Part shown: in pieces, positions 19,604 through 27,064 of the stretch | Layout: each line of letters begins with the position of its first letter | Numbering within the stretch: position 1 is the first letter of the stretch | From: Limnochordaceae bacterium | GTDB taxonomy: Bacteria > Bacillota > Limnochordia > Limnochordales > DUMU01 | Length of the DNA stretch: 64,000 bases | Assembly (NCBI GenBank): GCA_014896305.1 | Contig: JADBKQ010000006.1 | Location: 78,850-142,849 of the forward strand | Reading direction: 5' to 3' | The notes under the pieces: generated by a model | Told to the model about the DNA's origin: nothing | What the model saw: only the letters and a program-made list of their open reading frames with translations | The model's database searches: none | Translations under genes and position numbers: made by a program

Positions 19604-20404
19604 TCAAGCCCGCTTGTCTACCAGGCGGCCAACCTTCTTGCCTTCCAGTGGGTCCGCCTCATTGACAGTACACCGCTGGATGTATCGGTTCGAGATGGCT
19701 GTTAACTCGACTAGAACAGGATCGTCCGGATCCACCTGCCGGAGGGGGAGCAGAGATGCGACCTCTTTGAGCTTTTGCTGCATTTGCCGGGGGGTGAGGT
19801 CGGTGGCCGTAATGATGATCAGATGAATCTGGTGCTGCTGACTCATGCCCGATTTCGCGTAATCGTACAGGATCTGTCGCTTTGCCTGCTCCTCGTCGGG
19901 GTACTTGACGGTAGGCCCATAGTGCTGTGGGCCGTTGAACTCGAAAGCGACGAAGGGCGGATAGAACCGATCGAATTCTAGGATGCCCTCGGTGAGGGGA
20001 TTGCGTAAGAAACCAGGTCTGGCGTTATCGATGTAGTCGATTGTCCCAATAAGAAGGTTCAGCCACTCCCGCATCAGGGCCTCCCCCAGTTGCTCGGCCT
20101 GTTGCAGCCGCCGGTGCATCTTCTTAAGCTCTTCCAGGCGCTGCTCGCGCCATCGATCGTGCAGATGCCAGTGGGTTATCTTGCCAGAACGCCGTTCGAT
20201 TGACAGCCAGCCTGTCTCTAACAGCCGTCGTATGTAACGCCGCACGGCGGGGCGCGAAACCCCCAAGCACCTGGCCATCTGAGCATTGCTAATGGCGAGC
20301 TTACCGTCGCGGCCGGCCTGTCTGGTCATCCAAATGTAGAAATACTGGGCCATGACGGGGAGATCACCATCAAGCAGGTGGTAAGGCACTTTCACAGCAT
20401 CCAT
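19604..20404 (-). CDS. Hypothetical protein: N-terminal winged-HTH plus C-terminal Vsr/DUF559-like endonuclease-fold region
   Basis: Start chosen at the ATG at 20404, which has AGGAGGG 8 nt upstream and lies downstream of a canonical promoter. HTH: ISNAQMARCLGVSRPAVRRYIRRLLETGWL. The C-terminus LEFDRFYPPFVAFEFNGPQHYG...EEQAKRQILYDYAKSG...IHLIIIT resembles the DUF559 pattern D..(hydrophobic)3-E-x-D/N-G-x2-H. GC is visibly lower than in neighbouring genes. Confidence 0.6.
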   Translation of the reverse strand: MDAVKVPYHLLDGDLPVMAQYFYIWMTRQAGRDGKLAISNAQMARCLGVSRPAVRRYIRRLLETGWLSIERRSGKITHWHLHDRWREQRLEELKKMHRRLQQAEQLGEALMREWLNLLIGTIDYIDNARPGFLRNPLTEGILEFDRFYPPFVAFEFNGPQHYGPTVKYPDEEQAKRQILYDYAKSGMSQQHQIHLIIITATDLTPRQMQQKLKEVASLLPLRQVDPDDPVLVELTAISNRYIQRCTVNEADPLEGKKVGRLVDKRA

Positions 20405-20443
20405 GCACCTTGCCCTCCTCTGCATGTCATGCCATATTTGGAT

Positions 20444-20472
20444 ATTATAACCAATCATAGCATCTAAATCAA
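20444..20472 (-). promoter_or_regulatory. Sigma70-type promoter (TTGATT-17 nt-TATAAT) for the wHTH/nuclease-like gene
   Basis: The minus strand reads TTGATTtagatgctatgattggtTATAAT. The -35 is at 20472-20467 and the -10 at 20449-20444. Confidence 0.55.
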
Positions 20473-20487
20473 ACTCAGATCAAGCCC

Positions 20488-21040
20488 TTGCGGCCGGTGC
20501 GAGGACACAGAGTGCCGTGGCTGAAGCTATCGGCGGAGACCCCGCCTGCTGCACATTCGGCAGGATGCGAGGATACAGAGTGCTATGGCTGTAGGGCGAT
20601 TGTCTGGCACCCACCGGGTTCGGAGCGACGCGCCGTCCGTTGTTAGGCGTGACCGACCCAAACCCGGCAGATGGAAAAATAGTTGCCCGTCCAGAAGGCC
20701 AAAGACAGGAAATCAAATTGCCAGCACCCCCTCGAAGTCGGTCGGAGCGACCGAAGGGCTTTGCGCTTTGCAGCTAGGGCTGGCCGGAAGCAGGGGGAAT
20801 GCCTTGGGGGGGAGGAGGGCTGAGGTTCGCCCGGAAGAGAGACTCCTCGTCTAGCAGCAGCTAAGGTTTGCGCAGCTACAGCTCTGTCGCGTGCTAGCTG
20901 GGATTTTGGAGTCCGGCAGGTGGGAGCAGACGGCTGGTGGCAATATAATTGCCGACTAGTCCTCCGAGGGATGGGTATTATTTTTTCCACCTAATCTTTG
21001 GTCGCCCGGGTCAACGGTCTAGCCGGGCGATCGCGCATGG
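20488..21040. repeat. Conserved non-coding element, copy A (candidate structured RNA; family not recognised)
   Basis: Colinear with 36130-36612 through at least 8 near-identical blocks. Hairpins are conserved. No conserved ORF. The 5' part holds an internal direct repeat (20488-20523 / 20556-20591). Confidence 0.6.
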
Positions 21041-21378
21041 TGGCCGGCACCTTCTTTTGGCCGCCCGGCTGAACGACATCCTGCCCATCCACGCCGGTTG
21101 GTCAGGTCGAAATGCCCGTACGAACGGGCGCACACTGTATGCCTGTGCCTGCATCAGGACTGTGGGGTGCTCGAACTGGCTTTGGTCGGCAAGGGGGCAG
21201 GAACCCTGCCTTTGGGGGCTCGCTTCCAGTAGTCAAGGGCAGGGTGTGAGTAAAGTGTTTGTGGGTTCCAGTTGATCCCTCCCGCGGGAGGGGGAGGCCA
21301 GGGATTGGGCGCAGGTGTGGATCCCGCGCGGGGCGCAAAGCCCGGGGGTTCAGACCGAGCCCAGGGCAGGAGTGGTGA

Positions 21379-21407
21379 TTGACAGGGGCAGAAGAAGCGG
21401 GTATTAT
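21379..21407 (+). promoter_or_regulatory. Sigma70-type promoter candidate (TTGACA-17 nt-TATTAT) upstream of the T-box leader
   Basis: TTGACA at 21379-21384, a 17-nt spacer, then TATTAT at 21402-21407. Confidence 0.5.
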
Positions 21408-21519
21408 CACGGTTAATCTCTCCTCTGATATGGGCGGCTATTGCCGTCCTGGTCTGAGGGGATGTTTGAGCTTCGTCGGAGTCCAACGCCAGGGTTGACA
21501 ATGCCATCTCATAGAGACG

Positions 21520-22040
21520 TTGAAGGGGAGGAGTAGCTGGCCAACGGGCGTCCAGAGAGGCGGCGATCGGTGGGAAGCCGCTGCGCCAAGGGCTAGTGAA
21601 GTTCGCCCCGGAGTCGCAGGCTGAAGTCGCCGGCCAGCATGTGCATGATATGCAGGCCCAGCTTATACGGCTGGTGATGGGCTAGGGGGCGATGGGTAGG
21701 CCGAGCCGGACCTCTGCCGTTACACAGAGCAGATCTCGCCAGTAATATGTCCTGGCAGCACGTGTCTACGGGCACAGAGCCTGACAAAGCCTGATCAGCT
21801 TGTCAGCTTGATGGCTTTCGGAAACGGGTGGCCCAAGGGCATAGCGGGCGGTATCTGATAACAAGGCTGTACAAGAGAGCGGTCGACAGGCCCGTGACCT
21901 ATCGAGTGTGGCAAGAAAGCTCGAGCCTGGGCTGAACGCCGTTGCCAGTGTGCCTGGGTTGTACCTGGGTTGTACAGCGAAGTCGGGTGGTACCACGGGG
22001 AAGACCTCGTCCTGAAGCAAGGACGGGGTTTTCTTTTTTC
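21520..22040 (+). promoter_or_regulatory. T-box riboswitch leader (unusually long, possibly composite) controlling aroF
   Basis: Stem I elements: UGAAGGGGAGGAGUAG, an AGAGAG bulge (21554-21559), distal-loop GGUGGGAA (21569-21576), and specifier-loop GUGAAG-UUC-G (UUC at 21602-21604). F-box-like CCGTTA near 21713. Canonical T-box sequence GGGTGGTACCACGGGG at 21985-22000. Terminator hairpin plus T-run at 22005-22040. Confidence 0.8.
22005..22040 (+). terminator. T-box terminator hairpin
   Basis: CCTCGTCCT-gaagca-AGGACGGGG (9 bp) is followed by TTTTCTTTTTTC. Confidence 0.75.
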
Positions 22041-22347
22041 GGCTTGTGTTTCGCACCGTGGCCTGGCTACCACGATGGCGGCGGCGGCAGTGGCAGTTAC
22101 GGTGGCGATGGCGGTAGGGTAGTAGCTCCGGCGACGATGGCGGAGATGGCGGTGGTGGCAGTTCTGGCCGTGTGACGCGGCGCGGGCAGTGCAGGGGGAC
22201 TGGGACGTTGTCGTGGGCTGGGACGATGATGCCTGCTGGGGCGATGACATCTCCCTCGAACGATGGCCGATGACGTCCGGGGACGTCGGGCAGTGGATGG
22301 ACGGACGACAGATCAGTCTTGCTGACGACAGCGAGGAGGCGGTGGCT

Positions 22348-23391
22348 GTGATCATCGTGATGCGGCCGGGGGCGTCGCAAGAGCAAGTAGAGGCGGTGCA
22401 ACAGCGGTTGGCGGCGCTGGGGTTTGCGGGGCATCCGATTTATGGTGACCATCAAGTCGTGATCGGCGCTATCGGGGCTAAGCCCCTGCCGGACCTGGAG
22501 GTCTTGGAGGAGCTACCAGGAGTGGAACGGGTCGTACGAGTCATGCACCCGTTCAAGCTGGTGAGTCGTGAGGTGAACCCGGCCGGCAGCGTGGTCATGG
22601 TTGGGGATGTGCCCGTCGGGGGCCGGCAACTGGCGGTCATCGCTGGCCCGTGTGCGGTGGAAAGCGAAGCGCAGCTGATGGAGACCGTCACTGCGGTCCG
22701 GGCGGCGGGCGCAAACCTATTACGGGGCGGGGCGTTCAAGCCGCGCAGTTCGCCCTACAGCTTCCAGGGAATGGGCGAAGAGGCGCTCAAGCTGCTGGCA
22801 GCGGCACGGGAGAAGACCGGTCTTCCCGTAGTGACGGAAGTGCTGGCCGTGCGCCAGGTGGAGCTGGTGGCGCAATATGCGGATGCGCTGCAGATCGGCG
22901 CCCGCAACATGCAGAACTTTGAATTGCTGCGTGAGGTGGGCCGCCAGAGCAAGCCGGTGTTGCTCAAGCGAGGAATGTCGGCCACGATCGAAGAGTGGCT
23001 GATGGCGGCAGAGTACATCGTCAACGAAGGCAATCAGAACGTAATTCTGGTGGAGCGAGGCATTCGCACGTTCGAGCCGGCCACCCGCAGCACGCTGGAT
23101 GTTAGTGCGGTCGTGGTTGCACGTGGGCTGACGCACTTGCCGATCCTGGTCGATCCCAGCCACGCGGCCGGCAAGTGGCAGTGGGTGTCGGGACTGGCCC
23201 GAGCCGGGGTGGCGGCCGGAGCGGATGGTCTCATGGTCGAGGTTCATCCCCATCCGGAACAGGCGCTCTCTGACGGACCACAGGCCCTTACCCCGCCCGT
23301 TTTCACTGAACTGATGCGCAGCCTCGCCCCCCTGGCGCAGGCGGTGGGGCGTTCGTTGCCCCAGAGGCATCCGGTGGCGGCGGCTGTCTGA
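22348..23391 (+). CDS. aroF: 3-deoxy-7-phosphoheptulonate (DAHP) synthase, type I-beta with N-terminal ferredoxin-like regulatory domain
   Basis: GAGGAGG lies 8 nt upstream of the GTG at 22348, giving VIIVMRPG..., which parallels the Thermotoga-type N-terminus. Core motifs: IAGPCAVES, LRGGAFKPRSSPYSFQG, IGARNMQNF, KPVLLKRG, LVDPSH. The ORF is open from 22189, but that extension has no support. Confidence 0.9.
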   Translation: MIIVMRPGASQEQVEAVQQRLAALGFAGHPIYGDHQVVIGAIGAKPLPDLEVLEELPGVERVVRVMHPFKLVSREVNPAGSVVMVGDVPVGGRQLAVIAGPCAVESEAQLMETVTAVRAAGANLLRGGAFKPRSSPYSFQGMGEEALKLLAAAREKTGLPVVTEVLAVRQVELVAQYADALQIGARNMQNFELLREVGRQSKPVLLKRGMSATIEEWLMAAEYIVNEGNQNVILVERGIRTFEPATRSTLDVSAVVVARGLTHLPILVDPSHAAGKWQWVSGLARAGVAAGADGLMVEVHPHPEQALSDGPQALTPPVFTELMRSLAPLAQAVGRSLPQRHPVAAAV

Positions 23392-23470
23392 GGTTGTCTC
23401 CAGCTGTCCAGGGCCGGTTGGGTTGCCTCGCGTTGTTGACCGGCCTAAGCCCATCCAGGTCTGCCTGGGG

Positions 23471-25390
23471 CTATTCAGTGGCCTGATCTGAGTGAGAGTG
23501 AGTGTGCAGGTGTGCCAGCTGTGTTTTCACCGCTCGGTAGCGGCGCTGGGCGTGGGGTGGGCGATACGAGTCATCGAGCAGCTCCAGCAGGTGAACCGCC
23601 TGCCCTCCTGTCTTGCCCTGCACCAACCCGTCCTCCAGCTGCATCATGCAGGCTGGGCAGGCCGTGGAGAGCAGCTGAGCCCCGCTTTCGCGAAAATGGT
23701 CGACCTTCCGCTGACGGATGCGATCGGACAGCTGGGGATGTTCCAGGAAGTAGATGCCGGCGCCGCCGCAGCACCGATCGGCTTCAGCCATTTCGACGAA
23801 GGTCACCCCAGGGATGCGCTGCAACAGCTCACGGGGCTGGCGGCGCACCCCCTGGCTACGGGCTAGATGGCAGGGGTCATGATACGTGACCGTGGCCGGG
23901 CGGGCCAGCCGATACGGCCCGGCCTGAACGTGGAGTTCATCCACCAGGTACTCGCTGGCGTCCCGTACTCGCGCCGCGGCCTGCTCCAGCCGGGCGCGGA
24001 TCTCCGGCTCGTTGCGGAAGAGCGCAGTGGCGTGATGGCGTAACTGCGCACCGCACGAACCGCAAGCGGTCAAAATGCGTTCCATGCCGGCCTTCTGCAA
24101 ATCCTCCATGATCTGCAGGTTGTGCAGGACCTGGCGGCGGGCCTGCACCCACGCCCCATGCACTTGCGCCGGCATTCCGCAACAAGACCACTTGGCGGGC
24201 GTCACCATCTCCACCTGGTTTTCGGCCAGGATGTGGTGTAAGGCGATTCCTACGTCGGTGTACGCCTGCGAGATGAGGCAGCCCGGGAAGAAGGCGACCC
24301 GTTGCTGCGGATGAACCGGCTTCTTCTCCCGCGCCAGCTGGGCGATGAGCGAACGTTTGGCCAGCTTCGGGAAAACCCTCCGCCCGACCCATGGCAACGG
24401 AAAGCGGGGCTGCTGCGCACCGGGCTCTGTCGGCTGAACCCCGCCGCCGGTGGCCACCGAGTTGGCGGCCGAGCGGGGGGCAGAGGCGGCAGCCCAGACC
24501 GGCGGAGCGGCAGAGGCGACGGCCGACGCATCGGCATCGGCGGAGGCAGACGCCTCAATGTCGGTGGGGGCCGGTGCATCGGCAGCGGTGGAGTCCGACG
24601 CATCGATGTTGGCGGCGGCAGGCGTATCGGCATCGGCGGCGGCCGGCGCCGCGGCAGCAGTTGAATCAGAGGCAGAACCGATAGAACGCATGATCAGACC
24701 CTGGCCCAGAGCGCCAAGGCGCGCCCCCACTCGCAAGACCGTGGGATGGCCCAGTACCCCCTGGATCGCAATCCGCTTGACCCACGGCAGTCCAAACAAC
24801 CGTTGCCAATCGGCCCGCGCTGCGCTAATCACTTCAGTCACCGGCACACCCGCCGGGCAGGCGGCGACGCACGCCCCGCACTCCAGGCAGGCGAAGAGAG
24901 CCTCGAAATACTGCCGGCGAGCGGGTCCATCGATGGGTTCGGGAGAGGCTTCAAACAGGCCCGAAAAGGGAGCGGGCACTGGCGCATATCGTTGCTGAAT
25001 CAGGTTGAGGCGGCCACGGGCCGCATCCGTCTCGAGCCCGCTCTCCGCGTACGTCGGGCAGGGGCCCATGCAGAACCCGCACTTGAGACACCGATCCAGG
25101 TCCGTTATGAACGGAGACACTTCGGAGCGCCTCAAGGTTGGTGCCGGTGTTGATATTGGTGTCGGTGCTGGCGTTGATGTAGACGTCGGTACTGGCGTCG
25201 ATGTTGGTGCCAGTGTTGATGTCGGTGACGGTGTGGGCGTCGATGTAGACGTCGGGGCTGATGGTGATGTTGGTGCGGGTGTCGCTCCAACCCCCGAGGG
25301 CACTGGGGTGGCCACGCTTATCGCCTCCAGGTAGGAGTTCGCCTCCGGGTACGAGTCACGAGTCCTTCGGGTGCAGGAGGTGCAGTACAA
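23471..25390 (-). CDS. glcF: (Fe-S)-binding oxidoreductase subunit, GlcF / heterodisulfide-reductase-like (two CCG domains) with low-complexity insertions
   Basis: Ferredoxin-type clusters CLKCGFCMGPCP and CLECGACVAACP. CCG-type motifs: FFPGC, CCGMP, HDPCHL, CCGGAG. The N-terminal T/S/P-rich 90 aa may be non-coding, so the true start is possibly near 25130. Confidence 0.8.
   Translation of the reverse strand: MYCTSCTRRTRDSYPEANSYLEAISVATPVPSGVGATPAPTSPSAPTSTSTPTPSPTSTLAPTSTPVPTSTSTPAPTPISTPAPTLRRSEVSPFITDLDRCLKCGFCMGPCPTYAESGLETDAARGRLNLIQQRYAPVPAPFSGLFEASPEPIDGPARRQYFEALFACLECGACVAACPAGVPVTEVISAARADWQRLFGLPWVKRIAIQGVLGHPTVLRVGARLGALGQGLIMRSIGSASDSTAAAAPAAADADTPAAANIDASDSTAADAPAPTDIEASASADADASAVASAAPPVWAAASAPRSAANSVATGGGVQPTEPGAQQPRFPLPWVGRRVFPKLAKRSLIAQLAREKKPVHPQQRVAFFPGCLISQAYTDVGIALHHILAENQVEMVTPAKWSCCGMPAQVHGAWVQARRQVLHNLQIMEDLQKAGMERILTACGSCGAQLRHHATALFRNEPEIRARLEQAAARVRDASEYLVDELHVQAGPYRLARPATVTYHDPCHLARSQGVRRQPRELLQRIPGVTFVEMAEADRCCGGAGIYFLEHPQLSDRIRQRKVDHFRESGAQLLSTACPACMMQLEDGLVQGKTGGQAVHLLELLDDSYRPPHAQRRYRAVKTQLAHLHTHSHSDQATE
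25135..25300. repeat. Degenerate short tandem repeat (GGTGNCGGTGTTGATRT-like units)
   Basis: Repeated ggtgccggtgttgat / gtcggtactggcgtcgat units lie between the glcD stop and the first conserved Cys cluster of glcF. Read on the minus strand they encode (T/S)(S/T)TP repeats. Confidence 0.6.
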
Positions 25391-25399
25391 GACTCAAGA

Positions 25400-26812
25400 C
25401 TAAGGAATGACCCCCAGCGCTTTTCCAGGGTTCAGCAGCCCCTTGGGGTCGAACACTTCTTTGATCCGGCGCTGCAGCTGCACCCCGGCTTCCCCCAGCT
25501 GCAGATGCAGGAAACGGTTTTTCGCCAGCCCAATACCGTGCTCGCCCGAGAGCGTGCCCCCCAGCGCCAGGGCGGCGTGAAACAGGGCGTCTACCGCGGC
25601 TTCGACCCGGCGAACCTCGTCCGCATCCCGCAGATCGCACAAAATGGTGGGGTGGAGGTTGCCGTCTCCCGCGTGTCCAAACGTGCCAATGGGAAGCTGG
25701 TACTGCTGGGCCACCCGATGGATCTGTTTGAACATCTCCGGCAGTTGCCGCCTCGGCACGGTCGCATCCTCGATCACGGTGGTCGGCCGCCGTCGCGACA
25801 AGGCGGCCAGGGCAGCCCGCCGTGCAGCCCAAGCCCGGTCCCGCTCTTGTTCATCCCGGGCGGCGTGCCATTCCGTGATGTGCGGCTGCTTTTGCAGCAC
25901 CGCTTCGACCTGGGCGGCTTCTGCCTGAACCTGGGCCGGCTGCCCGTCGACCTCGATCAGAAGAAGGGCGGCGCTATCGGTCGGCAGCCCGAGGTGGGCA
26001 TACTCCTCCACACATTGGAGAGTGATCTGGTCCATGATCTCCAGCGTGGCTGGCAAGACTCCGCCGGCAATCAGCGTGGGCACTGTCTGCGCCGCGGCAC
26101 TCAGGTCATTGTAGAACGCCAGGAAGCTCCGGCGGTCGGCCGGCTTCGGCACCAATCGCAAAACCAGCCGCGTAAACAGGGCTAATGTCCCTTCCGACCC
26201 TGTCAACAACTGGGTAACGCTATAGCCGGCCACATTCTTGAGCGTCTCGCCTCCGACGGAGAGCACGGTGCCATCCGCCAGCACGGCTTCCATCCCCAGC
26301 ACATAATCCCGGGTGACCCCGTATTTGAGTCCACGCAACCCGCCGGCGTTTTCTGCGACGTTGCCGCCCAGCGTGGAGACGGACTGGCTGCTGGGATCAG
26401 GAGGATAAAACAGCCCTTGCGCTTCGACGGCCTGATGAAACCGATCGGTGATCACCCCTGGCTCCGCCTGCGCGGTCTGGTTGGCCAGGTCAATGTGATG
26501 GATGCGTTGCATGCGGCTGAACCCGATGACGACGCCGGCCTCTACAGGAATTGTCCCGCCGCTGAGGTTCGTCCCTGCGCCCCGCGGGGTGATCGGCACC
26601 CCTTCCTCATAACAGAGGCGGGCAACCGCCACCACCTCTTCCGTTCGCTCCGGCAGCACGACCACCTGCGGCAACGCCCGATACCCTGCCGTGCCATCGT
26701 ATCCGTAGCTTTGCAGAACGGCCCAATCCGTGTAGACCCGCTCCGGAGCGACCCTCTGGCGCAACTCCTGAACAAAGCGGGCCGACACCTCTTGCCTGGT
26801 GCGGACAGCCAT
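25400..26812 (-). CDS. glcD: FAD-linked oxidase, glycolate oxidase subunit GlcD / D-lactate dehydrogenase family
   Basis: FAD-binding PCMH pattern PRGAGTNLSGG, plus GGNVAENAGG and GTLSGEHGIGLAK. Confidence 0.9.
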   Translation of the reverse strand: MAVRTRQEVSARFVQELRQRVAPERVYTDWAVLQSYGYDGTAGYRALPQVVVLPERTEEVVAVARLCYEEGVPITPRGAGTNLSGGTIPVEAGVVIGFSRMQRIHHIDLANQTAQAEPGVITDRFHQAVEAQGLFYPPDPSSQSVSTLGGNVAENAGGLRGLKYGVTRDYVLGMEAVLADGTVLSVGGETLKNVAGYSVTQLLTGSEGTLALFTRLVLRLVPKPADRRSFLAFYNDLSAAAQTVPTLIAGGVLPATLEIMDQITLQCVEEYAHLGLPTDSAALLLIEVDGQPAQVQAEAAQVEAVLQKQPHITEWHAARDEQERDRAWAARRAALAALSRRRPTTVIEDATVPRRQLPEMFKQIHRVAQQYQLPIGTFGHAGDGNLHPTILCDLRDADEVRRVEAAVDALFHAALALGGTLSGEHGIGLAKNRFLHLQLGEAGVQLQRRIKEVFDPKGLLNPGKALGVIP

Positions 26813-27064
26813 GTTGCTGCCTCCCCTTCCCCGCCGTCTCTGGGCTCCCGTTGGGCAGGGCTGAGCTGGCTTTTCTGCCTTTCCACCGCCGTTACATTTT
26901 ATACTACGTTTCGCTGTCCACCCCGTGCTTCCTGCGATGATGAGAGCACGGAGAGGCAGGCGACGGCCAGGGGATTTGCCTCACTGCCGCGCCTGCCCAT
27001 CACTAGACTTAAATGCTTGTTAGGCCATCTCTTGAACTGCCTGCTCACCACAGACCCAGCGCCG

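Noticed and set aside
16656-20404. The small nuclease-fold protein followed by a large SF2 helicase on the same strand could be read as a Hachiman-like (HamA/HamB) defence pair.
   Set aside because: The helicase has the full HelY/Ski2 housekeeping signature, including a DSHCT-like C-terminus. The small gene has its own promoter and different base composition, is separated from the helicase by 158 nt, and looks DUF559/Vsr-like with an HTH rather than DUF1837-like. I consider the adjacency fortuitous unless homology searches say otherwise.
20488-20591. CRISPR-like geometry: two roughly 36-nt direct repeats (20488-20523 and 20556-20591) separated by about 32 nt, next to a long structured-looking non-coding region that could in principle be a tracrRNA.
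   Set aside because: There are only two units. They are about 75-85% identical by eye and contain an indel, whereas CRISPR repeats are near-identical. No cas, tnpB or iscB-like gene is present in the window. Copy B of the same element has only one unit, so this looks like an internal duplication within the element.
21495-21500. A second TTGACA hexamer just upstream of T-box Stem I, considered as the T-box promoter.
   Set aside because: No acceptable -10 hexamer lies 16-19 nt downstream (cgttga, catagag). The TTGACA-17-TATTAT pair at 21379-21407 is the better candidate.
22189-22347. The in-frame upstream extension of aroF contains 5 Trp codons in 37 aa, so it might be a Trp-sensing leader peptide.
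   Set aside because: The region is G-rich, so TGG is expected by composition. The Trp codons are dispersed rather than tandem. There is no separate stop or RBS defining a leader ORF.
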